A DNA stretch of 64,000 nucleotides from Tubiluchus corallicola (GCA_030141605.1 JAQGDQ010000514.1:1-64000); one strand, 5' to 3'. Counted from the first letter of the stretch, positions 13,401 to 42,140 are shown. Made by a program: numbers and translations. Notes: a model not told the origin generated them from the sequence alone.

Positions 13401-16400
13401 AGCAAATTAGAAAATAGAAGTTAGCACAGAATAATTCTGTGCCTTACCATAAACTTTGTAGTATGATTACCCTTATTAGATACAGACTCAGACTAAGACA
13501 TTTATGGTTCTTTTCCACGCCCAACCCTTCCTGCAAAGAGTCAAATTCTGCTTTATCAACATTATAGCATGCTCTACTGCCACCTCTTGTACTGCCTCTA
13601 AAATGATTAAGTGGAAGAAATCAAGAGCTTCAGAAATTCTTATTTTCACATAATATAGCAAGCCAATAGCAATGAGCGCACAACATTATAATAATCATGT
13701 TTGTGATAATACATAAACGATGTTTGATATTTCAGAGCAACACTCATCGACATTTTTTATTTATTTCCCCATTTACACCAGAATACAAATAGACTTTAAT
13801 TATTAATTAATCAGGATAAATTATGCATAAAGGAAAGAGCTATAGGGGTACAGGAGAAAGGATAGCAAAAGACCAATTGGTCATCATGTCAGCTACCCTT
13901 CCCATTCCCAGGTTAGTGCAAACTGTAAGAAAAATTTTGTACAAATTACACTAACCCGAGAAGGGTAGCTGACTTGATAACCAATTGGTCTTTCGTTAGC
14001 CTTTCTCCTGCACCCCCCCCCCCAACTCTTTCCTTTATGCATCATTTATCCTGATTAATAAATAATTATACCAATTATAGTCTAATTCAGATGAGTCTAT
14101 AAACCTCAGCTAGAGTTAGACTAACCTGTTAAGTGAAAATGTAATGTTAAAATCAAACTTTTCTTAATTTTTTCAAGTCATTTATTAACTCCGCAAGAAT
14201 TATCAAAATACAGTATTAGGAATACATGCAATATTATGTAACAAAGGAGAAGGGCAGCGAAGAACCCGTAGGTTATCTAGTCAGCCAGCCTTAAATAGCT
14301 AGGATTAAAAAAATTAATTTTGGCACCGTTCTCAATTTAAATTTGAATTCTGTTGGCGTGTGTAATTGGCAATTAAATGATGGGAAACGCATTTAAATAA
14401 TCAAAAATTTAAAATTCTAAAATACTGTGAATATGCGAAGCAAACAAAATAAAAATAACTTAAGATTTTTAACATAACAGAAAATGCATAATTTGAGCGT
14501 TAACTTCAAAATCTGGCAAAAAAACAGTAGAATGATCAACTAAAGATGTCGAGAAAAAGAATATAATGAATTAAACCAAGGAAAAATAAGGCAAATATAA
14601 ATCATACAAAACAAAACAAAAGAAAAAGCAAAAGTGAAATGTTGTAATAATAACATCAATGACTAAAGCTGTCGAGAAAGGGAATATAATAAATTAAACC
14701 ATTGAAAAAGTAAATCAACTGTAAGTAAGACAAAATGAAATCAAAATATAGCAAAAACTTAAACACAACTTAAAGTGTTGTAACAATGAAAGAATGTATA
14801 GGTATTCCAAGTACATAAGTAAAATATCTCATTCATTGTACCCTGCAATAAGTTGTTTTTTATAGTTTAGAATTAACTTATTGTAGTTACATGACTTTAA
14901 TTGATCCTATAATGAATTCCACAGCAAAGATCCTTGGTGTTTTAAAGAATTCTGGCCTTTAGATGAGTTAAATCTTTCAATAAAATAAGATTGGATAGTA
15001 GCAAACCTAGTAGAATGGTGATGCATGTAACATGCTAAAGTATAATAATTGCTGAAGAAATCCGGGAGTGAATTATTTTTGAATTTATATACAAACTTGA
15101 CCAGCTCTAATTTATACAGATCATATACTTTTAGTAGATTTAATTGCAAATACAAAGGTGATACATGTTCTCATTTACTAGTAAATGTTATAAGTTTGAT
15201 CATCTTTTTTTGTTTAGAAACCAATGACTTTAAGACCGATGCTGAAGCACTACCCCAGGCAAGAATGCCATAACTCAGATATGGCATGACAAGAGAAGAA
15301 TATAAGAGCCGTAATGCATCTACATTTATGTAGTGTCATATTCCAGCTAATACGCCACTTAATTTGCTAATTTTGTTGACTATATGCTGTAGAGGTGTTT
15401 TCCAAGTAATTCTACTATCTATAAATATACTGAGATATTTGATTTCTTGGGTAGATTGAATATTACAACCTCCCATATTTAAGTTTAAACTATTGTTATG
15501 TTGCTTAACACATATTTTCTTTTTTTAGAATTTATCGATAGCTTATTTGCTTGCATCCATTTATTAATTTTGTCCAGTTCCACATGTACTGAGTGTTCTA
15601 ATGTTTTGATATTTAGGTGTGATAAAAATAGGTTTGTATCGTCTGCGAACAATCTGGTGTTAAATTGCGAACAAGATGGCAGATCATTAATATATAAAAG
15701 AAATAACAATGGACCCAATGTAGAACCCTGTGGGACACCACAGGTTATATCAGCAAGTTTAGACTCTGATGAGTCAATAAACGTGAAAAGTGCAAGAGGA
15801 CGTCTCCTGACACCATAGTGTGATAACTTATATAACAAAATGTCATGTTGTACCGTGTCGAATGCTTTCGATAAATCTAAAAATATAGCACAAGTAGTTT
15901 TCCCCTTATCAATATTTGCTAAAGTTTTCAATTATTTCTGACACAGCTAAAGATGTAGAATGATTTTTTCTGAATCCAAATTGGAATTTAGTTAAAATTC
16001 GTTCTTTTAAAAGAAATTTAGCTAGCCTAGAGTAAATTAATATTTCACAAATTTTTTATATGGGTGGTAAAAGAGATATTGGCCTATAATTAGAGGGATT
16101 ATAAGGAGAATCAGATTTGTAAATCGGGACAATTTTCAACATGTCAGGATAGATACCTTCTACACATTTATAGAACAGCATAGTTAATAATGGAGTAATA
16201 ATGGACAGTGAAATTGTAAAAAAATTGATTCGAGATGTTTTCGGGTCCTGCCGATTTATTGATTTTTAATGCAGCAATAGCAGAAGAAACTTCATACTCG
16301 ATAATTGGCACAAGAAAGGAGTTCTGATCAGGCATTCTAAGGAAAGAATCAAATGTTATTGGAGTAGGTGGTACTTTTTTTGCCACATCAGAACCAACCG

Positions 16401-18923
16401 ATGCAAAGTAATTATTCATGAATTCACAGATAGCAGGGGGTTCTGTAATCTCAGCATCATTTATTACTAGTTTGGTTGGAGTTATGCGCTCCTTGTTTTG
16501 TCTATTGATCAAATCATTCAATGTTGCCCAAGTCTTTCTAATATTAGTTTTATTATCGTGTAGTAAAGTAGTATAATAATTTGTTTTGGCTACATTTATG
16601 AGATGATTAAGTTTATTAGAAAATTGTTTATATTGATTAATATTTAAGATAAGAGTTGTAGTCTTACAGTCCTTGTATAATCTACTTTTTGTTTTTATTG
16701 ACACAAGAATACTTTTAGTTAAACATGGCTTAGAGAAAGTTACTTTTTCAGTTCTTGACAATGTCTTAAGTGGAGTATGTTTATTAAGAACTTCTTCATA
16801 TATTTGGAAAAATGTAGAGAAGGCAGAATTAGTTGGCACCTCGGAAAAGTCAACAGCATCGATCTTATTTTGCAAATCCTCCAGAATTGAATTCAAGTTA
16901 AAATTTCATTTATTTCTGATTTTAATTTTCTTTTTAACTATCAAGTTACCAATATTTTTAATAACAGCAAACTAGATGATCCGACACTTCACAGAGTATA
17001 ATACCAGATATAACTGGATTAGATAGATTATTTGTATATATATGGTCAATAAGTGCCTGAGAATGGTTGGTTATTCGAGGTGGTCGTGTTACTAATGGAA
17101 AAAACTGATTAGAGTAAAGTAAATTCAAATAATCTGCAATAAATGTTTTCTCTTCTATTTGCATAAGATTAAGATTAATATCGCCACAGATATAACAAGT
17201 CTTCCCTGACTTGTTAATGGCTGATAATATAGAGTCCATCTCGCTGTGAAAATTATGGACATTGGTATTTGGGTGTCGATAGATCACACCAAATGTGATT
17301 GGTTTCTTTTTACCAGGTACTTCAACATCAAGCCACATATCCTCAACTTGTATATGTGATTTTTGAGTAATGCTATTACCATTCTTACTTGTAGTTACTA
17401 TTTCTGTATTACAATTAATTTTGTACTCATCTTTTACTGTATACCTCAAACCCGATTTAAGATATATAGCTACGCCACCTGCGCAAGTATTAGAATCAAC
17501 ATGCAAGAAAGTATAGTTAGGTAAACTCATTATAAAAGATTGATTAAGTTTGTTCAATCTTGTTTCCGATATTCCAATAATATCGGGAGGAACAGTAAAA
17601 TGCATGAGTACTTCTAGCATATTAGAAAATCTCTTCTGAATACTATTGAGATTAAAATGTACTATTAATAAATCTTTATTGGACTTTTTTAAATTAGAAT
17701 TTGTCTCTAGTGCATGCAAATATAGTATTTACTATCAAACCTGGTAAGATGTGCATCAGGATCATCATCATCCCATTTTGGTTTTGCAAGTGAAGGAAAA
17801 TCAAGTAAAGAAGATAGACAGCATACATTTGTTAGATTTGAAAACAATTCGCATAATTCAGCATCATCAATACACTGAAACGGCAAAGATTCATTTATAC
17901 ATTTTAAACAAAAGTAATGATCAGAAGACAGAGCATAATGATTAAATTCATTCACACTCAACATGGTACACTTGAGGTGTACCCACATGTTACAAACGTC
18001 AAAACAGATACATTTTTGATTCTTTTTACAGGGTTTACAACAGGATACATATGAAAAATTTTCCATTAATTAATTATTCTAGAAAATAAAGTTTGTGATG
18101 CATTAAAGCCTTGTAGTGAGTTTTAAAGTTTACCTAGGTCCTCCTCACATTGAATTTCAATGACTAAACGATGATTCAAGCTAAATGACTTAGCTTGAAT
18201 CATCTTTCCATAAGAACATTTTCCCGTATTTTGTCCAGCAGTACTTCATTTTGTGGTCCTTAGCATAGTCCCTACATTGTTTGTGTAGTTTTATCCTTGT
18301 TGGAAGTCAAGGATTCGTTTATGTAGATCCGGTTATCGGTATACGATGCATAGTCAAGATTTTTAGTGCTTCCAGCATTTCTTCTGGTACCATAGAGTTC
18401 ATCCCGTTTGTCGCGTCTTGTGAACTTTACAATAATTCGTGGAGGCCCTCCATTTTTAGGTGCTGCCAGTCTATGTGATATACTGATATCTTGAGGGTGC
18501 AATTCCACTCCCATATTTCTGGCTACGCTTAGCACTATGTCATTTGTAACTTCATGAGGACTTACAGGAATTCCAACTATCTCCAGTGTGTCTCTACGCT
18601 CATATTGTTCTAGTTCACTTTCCGTAGTTTTTAGTCTGTTTTGTAATGTTTTAACAGTGGTTTTCAGTACCTTGTTTTCGTCTCTCAAATATGTTCCATG
18701 TCTTGTTGATATTTGTTCAATTGTTCTTAAAAGCCATCAAATTTCTTATCTTAACAAAAACCGAAAATACTCACCTACTGTAGACCTTATAAGTTATAAC
18801 ACAAGGTGTAGAATTCAAAATAGGATAACAAAAAATATCAAAATCTTCTCAAAAGTGTAACTGTTTCATGATCTGCGAACGCCACCATATTTACCTACCG
18901 TTTCCGTAGATACGCAGCGACAT
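7419..18923 (-). CDS. TSEN15: tRNA-splicing endonuclease subunit Sen15-like protein, about 280 aa, 5 exons
   Basis: Exons 18923-18895 (MSLRIYGNG), 13597-13471 (..GVEKNHKCLSLSLYLIR), 9391-9325 (..AIAKIVYDDLCK, GC donor), 8848-8671 (KRWQNVEY..HVIPV..LS..L), 7860-7419 (ATIAIVGSDASVVYYQISLGLLPP + tail). Phases all match and total 843 nt. Sen15 motifs VYxDL..W and AIVxxDxxxVYY are clear. Exons 3-5 are secure; exons 1-2 are inferred from phase and weak similarity. Confidence 0.8.
9831..9893. repeat. Near-perfect hairpin, 28-bp arms, 7-nt loop
   Basis: cattatcttatccactataatgatggct / agccatcattatagtggataagatgatg, 27 of 28 complementary. Confidence 0.9.
10357..10410. repeat. Perfect hairpin, 22-bp arms, 10-nt loop
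   Basis: ctgtagaatcattaaaatataa / ttatattttaatgattctacag. Confidence 0.9.
10964..11568. mobile_element. pogo/Tigger-like (Tc1-mariner superfamily) MITE
   Basis: 24-bp TIRs cagtttagcctcgttatgtcgcca / tggcgagataacgagactagactg (21/24), TA on both flanks, several subterminal tcgttatgtcgcca-like repeats. Confidence 0.85.
11767..12353 (-). mobile_element. Internally deleted Tc1/mariner element with a decayed transposase C-terminus
   Basis: TIRs accaggtgtcccaaaagttactaca / tgtagcaacttttaagacacatagt (20/25), TA at the left end. Frameshifted minus-strand remnants LNLIQ..KPT..LEKFRIEI..AAGEELH and VIA..NKGGPVK resemble Tc1 SPDLNPIE..KPT..EEL..I..AW.E and VIAAKGGPTKY. Confidence 0.65.
12354..12540 (+). 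repeat. Truncated second copy of the adjacent hAT MITE family
   Basis: Colinear with 12729-12899 (tattga.tatcgtatcgata ... ttatgcat.ggaattatgcaa). Confidence 0.7.
12679..13332. mobile_element. hAT-type MITE
   Basis: TIRs tagggatgctaacgata / tatcgtttagcatcccta; 8-bp flanks atgtatga / acatatga; many tatcg subterminal motifs. Confidence 0.85.
13797..14068. repeat. Long imperfect palindrome made of two inverted L2/Crack-type 3' tails
   Basis: Arms about 13797-13926 and 13940-14068, roughly 85% complementary by eye. The right arm reads aagggtagctgacttgataacc..ggtctttcgttagcctttctcct..aataaa. Confidence 0.9.
14539..14790. repeat. Diverged tandem duplication (about 123-bp period) in the LINE 3' UTR
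   Basis: actaaag.tgtcgagaaa..gaatataat.aattaaacca at 14539 and 14662. Confidence 0.7.
14830..18066 (-). pseudogene. LINE ORF2 (N-terminal PHD finger, AP endonuclease, reverse transcriptase) with multiple frameshifts and stops
   Basis: PHD 17707-18066 (CKPC..VCNMWVHLKC..YFCLKC); APE 16958-17719 (DIIGISET, GGVAIY, IYRHP, CGDIN, IDHIY, SDH); RT 15485-15931 (FLDLSKAFDTV, GVPQGSTLGPLLFLLYINDL, LFADDT); C-terminal HHHSTR..GSLLWNSL. Confidence 0.92.
18190..18688 (-). pseudogene. LINE ORF1 (coiled coil + RRM + CTD, transposase_22-like), frameshifted
   Basis: LEQYERRDTLEIVGIP..DISISHRL..PPRIIVKFTRRDKRDELY..IYINESLT, then KYCWTKYGKMFLWKDDSS in another frame. Confidence 0.85.
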
Positions 18924-19150
18924 CCAAGCTTTTACGACGCACTAGTTTCTGTTATGTTTATCAAAAATTGCCACGGTATGTTGATCACGGTAACAGTCAA
19001 TCTATGTGTATATAAATATCGAACGTTCGAATTGGATTAATCATTGGCATGAGTTTTTTAATTCGAATTCGATTAGAACCTCAAATTGTTCTCAGTTTGC
19101 GTTGTTAAAAGTAAATGAATGCGGATTATATTATTATTATTATGGTGATT

Positions 19151-20465
19151 CTAAGATGATATTAGCAGATGGACCTGAAAAAGGCATTTGATGTTGTACC
19201 TCATCACTTTCTGTTTGCAAAACTTAAAAATTGTGGTATAACTGGTTCAGTTTTACAGTGGATAGTAAACTTCTTAGAAAATAGAAGTCAATGTACTTGT
19301 GTTGATGGTTACAAATCGACTGAGTCCTTGATTACTAGTGGTGTACCGCAAGGTTCGGTATTAGGTCCGTGTTTATTTGTGGTATTTATAAATGACTTGC
19401 CTAGTTGTGTGAGAAATTCTCTTCGTCTTTTTGCCGACGACAGCAAAATCTGGTCTGAATCTGATTCTTTTACCAGCTGTAATGATCTTCAATTGGATCT
19501 AGAAGGGCTCTGTGATTGGGCAGTTGAAAATGGTATGCAGTTCCATCTCAACAAGTGTAAGGTTGTATCTGTGGGAGCAGGATATGAGTATAAATACAAA
19601 ATGTATTTATATGATGATACAAAAATGATGCAAGTGGCATTCCGGCAGAATTGGACTTTAGTGCTTGTGAGAAAGACCTTGGATTATTACTTGATAATAA
19701 ACTAAATTTTAAAGATCACATAGCAGAAATCATAAAGAACGCCAAACGAAACAGTGCTTTAATAAGGAGGAATTTCAAGTACCTAGATCTGCAAACTTTC
19801 AAGCTTCTATATGTGGCACTTGTGCGATCAAAAGTGGAGTATGGAAGTAGTATTTGGAATAGTCCTAGGGCATATATAGTGGACCCAGTCGAAACTGTCC
19901 AAATGAGAGCTTTCAACATGTTACCGGAACTAATGAACTTGACGTATGAAAGTCAGTTAAAACGAATAGGTTTAACTACATTAGCTTTTAGACGTTTACG
20001 TGGCCAACTAATTGATGTATACAAATATGTATCTGGAGTTTACAGCTGTGATGATTGTCCTGTTAAATTAGAAGTACATTGTACAGCAAGATCAGGTCCT
20101 ATTCTTCATAAATCAAGAACTGCACACAAAACTGGTAAATACGACTATTTTTCTTGTACGATGCCAGAAATCTGGAATAGATTGCCCTGTGATGTGAGAA
20201 CAGCAACATCTGTAAATTTATTTAAATCAAAATTAGATAGACACTATGAACATCATCCATTGAAATTTAATCACCGTGCTAATTGGAACATGCCTATAAC
20301 AAGGATGCTGGATTACATATTATAGTGAGAAAACTTGCCAGTGGAGTCACTTAGGTGTTGATGACAATCTATTGAATGTGCAATTTGTCGCAATTACAGT
20401 CGAAGAACTATTTGTCTCAAAAGTTATATTATAACTACTGGAGATTTACTACTACTACTACTAGA
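19151..20465 (+). mobile_element. 5'-truncated CR1-clade LINE (RT and C-terminal domain, one frameshift)
   Basis: DLKKAFDVVPH, GVPQGSVLGPCLFVVFINDLP, LFADDSK, EKDLG, LVRSKVEY, RRLRGQLI, WNRLP..FKSKLD; (ACT)n tail about 20448-20463; candidate TSD tatggtgatt (19141-19150) / tatggcgatt (20466-20475). Confidence 0.92.
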
Positions 20466-21224
20466 TATGGCGATTTCAGTGTTAACATTTAATGGTGATA
20501 CGTTCATGTTTTTGCAATGAATGCCCATAATGTTTAACACGATACAAAAGTGAGTTTGTAATAAATTGACACACAGATTACTTTATATGATGACTACAAT
20601 CTATTGGTTTGCCGAATTGCTGGTAGGCCCGACATTTTTGATGTTGGCTGGCCCTCTCCAGTAATCGGTAATTCGTTTTCAAATTGGTTTACTATGGAGA
20701 TAAAATATTGGCAATCGGAATATTAATGAATTTATGATCGGCACCACAATACATTTGCATTACGATCAGAACCATTAATGTACTTTGCATTGATGCATGT
20801 CGTATTTAACATATTTTTTAAATTTCACATTAGAACAGCCAAAAATATGCACAAAATACTATTTTCATGTTATGTGATCAGCGATTGATTGGTGATCGGC
20901 TTTTTGAAAGCATGTGACCGGCAAATCAATTGTAAACCTCGCTTAAAATACTGTGGATGGCGATTGGTTTTTGAGAAAAAAATTATCAATTAGATCAGGA
21001 TTGGTAAACTTGAGATTACAGCAACACTGGGTCTAATGTGCACCTGTAGTTTTAGCGACTATTGCAAACGATCACGGTAACAAATTTATCGTGTCACATA
21101 CGGTTATAAAACCTATACAATTTCCCATCCAGTCAAATGAATTTTTTATCATGTGTTTCCTCCGACAATAAAAAGCATAGCTTCCATGGCAGATGTAAAA
21201 ATAACTAAAATAATTATCCTCCAC

Positions 21225-21325
21225 AGTAACTCTAACCCTAAACTCATGTTTTACTAAGTGTGCCACTTTTTTCCTGTGTCATTTTTACCGTGCCATTTTT
21301 TCCTGTGCAATTTTTACGTACATTC
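21225..21325. repeat. Short array of about 15-bp gtgccattttt.cc units preceded by taactctaaccctaa; probably the end of a non-autonomous element
   Basis: Four degenerate units at 21259-21320. Family not identified. Confidence 0.45.
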
Positions 21326-23151
21326 TATTGATAGGTTAATAAATTCGTTTCAACGATGATACTCAATTATTTATGGTTTTAGGGTTACATGTGCAATTGT
21401 GCATACTCCGTATGGTTATGGTTGTACAATATATTACGAAAACACATTAAAAATAAAAAGGTTCCATTAAAATTTGGGAAATGTTGGTGCAGAAAAATCG
21501 CAGTTTGCCTATGTGCTACACAATAAACCATACAACAGCAAAAATGCTGATGTATTGGCACTGAAAATAACAATGTATTATAGAAAAATAGACCTTCTTC
21601 ACTCATAGGTTTCCTTTATTCCAATTCTTGTCGGCACAGCCTGCATGGTTTTCTGATAAAGCTGCTCACATCTAAATTTTAAATTTACGAATTTTTGTTT
21701 ACTTCACTTATGCAATGATCGTTTCAAATTGGAAAAGTATGTTGTTTATATATTAAAAATATAAAGTGTGGTTTTCTCTGGAGGTAAGAATTTTTAATTT
21801 CACTACTTAATTGATCAAATCAGCCGGGTCCTTAAATATAACTCCAGAAGTTATGCTACCATCAAAAGAGTTGTTTTTGACTTTTTGAGAAACTCACTGA
21901 AAATGTTTAGACAATGTTAAAGGAATCATGATACAGAAAGCAGCTGCACTAACATTTCACATTTCTATTCATTATATTTTATATACATCAAACCTAAGAT
22001 AACAATATTATAATAATAGTAACAATTATAATAACATTAACCACAAGTTCATAACTAATATACACCACACATGTTGCAAAAACCATCAACTATTGCTCTT
22101 AGCGTATTTACAGTCATAATACACAATTATTATGATGATGTTGTTAGACAACCCTTAGTCACATTTTTTAGGCTCAAACAGTTGCCAACACAACACATAA
22201 ACACATTTGTTTTGGGAAAAGAACATACAAGTCACATTTTATACATACATACATACCAACACATACATACAAATGTTTTGGAAAACAACATACAAAAAGA
22301 GGATTGTGTTTAATAAAGAATGAATCAAATTTAGACACAATGGGAAACAGTCACATTTTAACAGGTACAGAGAAAATACAATGGTTACAAAAATTTGTAT
22401 ACCGTAATTTAAAACTGACATCCTCCCATTTTCTTAGTTTTTTTGCTAAACAGTCATTTATACAGACAGTTCGATAAAATTTGTACACTTCAGGTTTGGT
22501 ATATTAATTGCCATGAACCCGTGAATTCAATAAGTTTTTGATTTAGTTTATAATTAAAACAAGTTTACAAGTATCAGAATGAAATGTTGAGTATAATGCT
22601 TATAACAAAGGTACAATGTGGAGTTTTATTTACTAGTTAATGATTTCAATAAGATGCGTTTCGTTACTTTTCAAAAAAACAAAGAGTATGAAGTTAATTA
22701 TGTATCAAAAACCAAACAGTTTAGAAAAGGCCAGAAGACTCAAGTCAAGGCACAAGAGCAAACACTATTACACTGCATCACAATCATGTAAAAAAATTGA
22801 CTGAACAAATGACCAAAATGGAAGATGTATGTTACACAAGACATCGCAATAGGCATGCACATTGTACATAGATGAAGAAATTGGCAACATAGAATGATGA
22901 ATACGAGAATTTCACAATACTGACTAACAGATATATATGACTAGGATTTCAGTACATGATAAATGCACACAATACATTAACCAGATCACAATTTGAAAGA
23001 ATCGATTTGTTATCAGTTATCACTAAGTTTAAAACATTCTCTTAAAAAAGTGATTAATCACTAAAACTTTATGTACATTTGCTATTATGGCATCAATTAA
23101 TTTAATTAGGTATTCTAGCTAGGTGTATACCTATGCCATTAGAAGCACACC

Positions 23152-39423
<16,272 letters not shown>

Positions 39424-40759
39424 AACCAAAATCAACAGCAATCTCACACCAATGCGGCACTAAGATAAGTACAATTTTATAATAATCGTCAGAGTCATCG
39501 TTTATTTATTTATCAACTGCTTTTCTGATACAGACCGCATGAACTGCACAAAGCGGAAACGAATTAGTGAAAAGTCTCGTGCTTCCAATCATCGAACACA
39601 AGCTACTCTTTTCTGAGACTTCGATACATTGAGATTTGAGCGCTTTGGTCAGTGCACAACCAGCACACAGCGCCATAAGAAACAAAAATAACACTAAGTT
39701 TGCATTTTCAAAAAAAACTTATCAGAAAAATATTATTCAAAAAAATACTTATAAACGTATTTGTGCTAGGCAAAATGATTACACTTCAATATGCTAGTTT
39801 TATGATGAAATTTTGCATTCGGGACTATTGGATTATACACAGGTCGCAAAACGTCAATCAAGCAGTGGTGGCCCACTTCGTGATAATCAGCTCTCCTTTT
39901 TCCTTCCCTTCTCTTTCTCCTGAGCTGAGTAACGATAACGGCTCCCAAAAACAAATGTGGAAAATATATACTGCAAGAAATAATGTCAAGAGCACATCAT
40001 CATTGTTATTTTAATTTCCTCCAGCTATACAAGAGTTTTGTACACTCAAATTTGTCTGGCAGTAGACGAGTAGTGCAGAGACATTATAGTGGTGAAACAT
40101 TGTGCTTGGGTAATAGTTATGTAGACGTATATTGTCAGGGAGCGTTAGAAAATGCCAGATTTATAAGTTTCTCCTAGCTAAAAAACCTTTAAGCAAACCT
40201 GCCTCCGGATCAGATCTCTTCCAGTGTGGCAGATAACATTTTCAATCTGAATCCCTTCAAACTAATAAAAATAAAACCATTTTATAGATAGTTTCTTGCA
40301 GAAAATTTTCTGGAACATGAATTTTGGTAAAAATATTGCAATTATTATAAGAATTGCATCTAAAATGGGATGTTTACTATTACACCAACTAGACAAAAAT
40401 CCATTGGCTACACCAAATATTGGCATGATTTTTACGGAAACAATGTTGCCTTTTTCAAATTATTAGTATGGTAAATATGAATCAATTAATGTAATTATGA
40501 TAGACTTTTCACAAAAGCAGTTTTTTTAATTTATTGGATATTTTTATTTTTTCCAATTGTTATTAGTGCATGTTTTACCAATAACACCCAACTAGGCAAA
40601 CTCATAATAGCAGTTATTTATTTTGAATTCGAACTTCTAGAAAATGTGTATAAATGTTACTCAGAGCAATAAAATAAATGTTAATAAAAAATCCCACAAT
40701 TAAGGACCAAGGAAATATACTGAAAAAACTACACAACCAAGGGCAAGCCGAGCATGATC

Positions 40760-42140
40760 CTGAAGACAGACAGAAATCTATTTGATCATATGGTTTTGGT
40801 GGTCTAGAGCCGAAACTACATATGAGTGACGTCTTAACACGCTCTCTGGGTACACTGCCATGGCAATAGATGCTGGAGATGGGTTTATTTGCAAAATAAG
40901 TAAAGCAGCTTTAGCCAGAGAATTAGAAAAGACTGTTCACCTGGCAGAAGTAATCCCCTACTCTTCAACAACAATCACATTTGCCCAGCTACCAGAATGC
41001 TGATAAAAAATGCAGAATGGGCGAACAGAGACCCAGACTCAGGGATTCAGTTTAAGAGCAGTTACCTCTAGCCATAAAATCCAGCAGTAGAGGAATTTGC
41101 TCTCCAACACTAAACACTACTAACAAGGTTAGCTTGATTAAGTTCTTAGTAGAGGGTTGAAAAGGTCCGATGCTCAGAGCAAAGTTTCAACACAAAACAC
41201 TATACCATCACTTGGAAGGAAGACTCTTCAGAATCCCAGAAATAAATTGGTGGAACCAAGAGAATTGAAATTAAGCCATGAAGAGGCAGACAGGCACATG
41301 ACTGTTAATGCATGCATTTCATGCTGCGTAGACAGTGTTCAAAGCAGTGCTTATCACATCACAAGACATTGGTGTACTGATGACCCTGTCCTGGTTTGAG
41401 CAAGGACATCTCATGCGCACTGTACCAAAAATGCGGCATACAGAAAACGATAAGTATCCTGGATATCTCCAAGTTATGCCAATCATTTGATGGGAATCTT
41501 GCCAGTGCTTTGATTGGAATGCACAGCTTTACTGGTGCGACACTGTTAATGCATTTGCAGGACATGGGAAATTAGGTACCTTCAAACAGATAGGGTCAGA
41601 CAAGACATTCTAGGAAGCCTTTCATGAGCTTGACTGTGCATGGAATTTCTCAAGCGAGGTCTCCGAGAAGCTGCAAGAAGTCACATGCCACATGTACATA
41701 CCATTGACATACACTTCTCGTATCAACCTTCTTTGGTACCAAGTTTTCTGAGCCACACTTGTAGAGATTGAGTCTAGACAGCTTCCACCACTTGAGGATT
41801 TTGTTAATGCACACAGTTTTTGCCAACTATCGAGTGGCAATCTAGAGGCAGTCTCTTCAAAACCAGCTTTCTGTACCAAGTCCAAAGGATCACAGGTGGA
41901 CCATATGTGAAGATGGTCAGTAGCTAGCAATTCAATGGATGCGTGGTTTTCCGGCACCAAATACTGTCTTAGAGCTGATCTCTTGCAACTGTGTGACAGC
42001 ATGCAAAACTACCAAAGTACACAAGGTTTGAAGTGTACAAACTATTGCAAGCTACAAGCTTGTAGTAGCCAACGAAATGAGGAACAGTCAGCTGTACATG
42101 GTCTTAATGACAATGAAGATCATGATGTAATTGAGCTGTA
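40760..42140 (+). mobile_element. Decayed Academ-like DNA transposon coding region (XPG/FEN-like nuclease and Cys-rich C-terminus)
   Basis: Frameshifted motifs LGTLPW..SKAALARELEK, LSHEEAD, ALIGMHSFTG(C)DTVNAFAGHGK, EKLQEVTCHMY, ESRQLPP, ANYRVAI, AIQWMRGFPAPNTVLELISCNC..GLKCTNYCKLQAC. TIRs not found. Confidence 0.75.

Larger units (their letters stand above)
14165..18890 (-). mobile_element. Near full-length decayed non-LTR retrotransposon, L2/Crack (CR1 group), in TSEN15 intron 1
   Basis: ORF1, then PHD-APE-RT ORF2 remnants, an AT-rich 3' UTR, a terminal stem-loop (14245-14293) and AATAAA near 14182-14187. Boundaries are approximate and no TSD was found. Confidence 0.92.

Noticed and set aside
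20477-21029. Possible hAT MITE (cagtgtt ... aacactg, many gatcgg-like motifs)
   Set aside because: Only 7 bp of terminal match and no TSD; likely a relic but boundaries are unsupported.
39424-39447. GTG start given by the ORF track for CNNM
   Set aside because: Eukaryotic gene; the ATG at 39423 gives a normal signal peptide.
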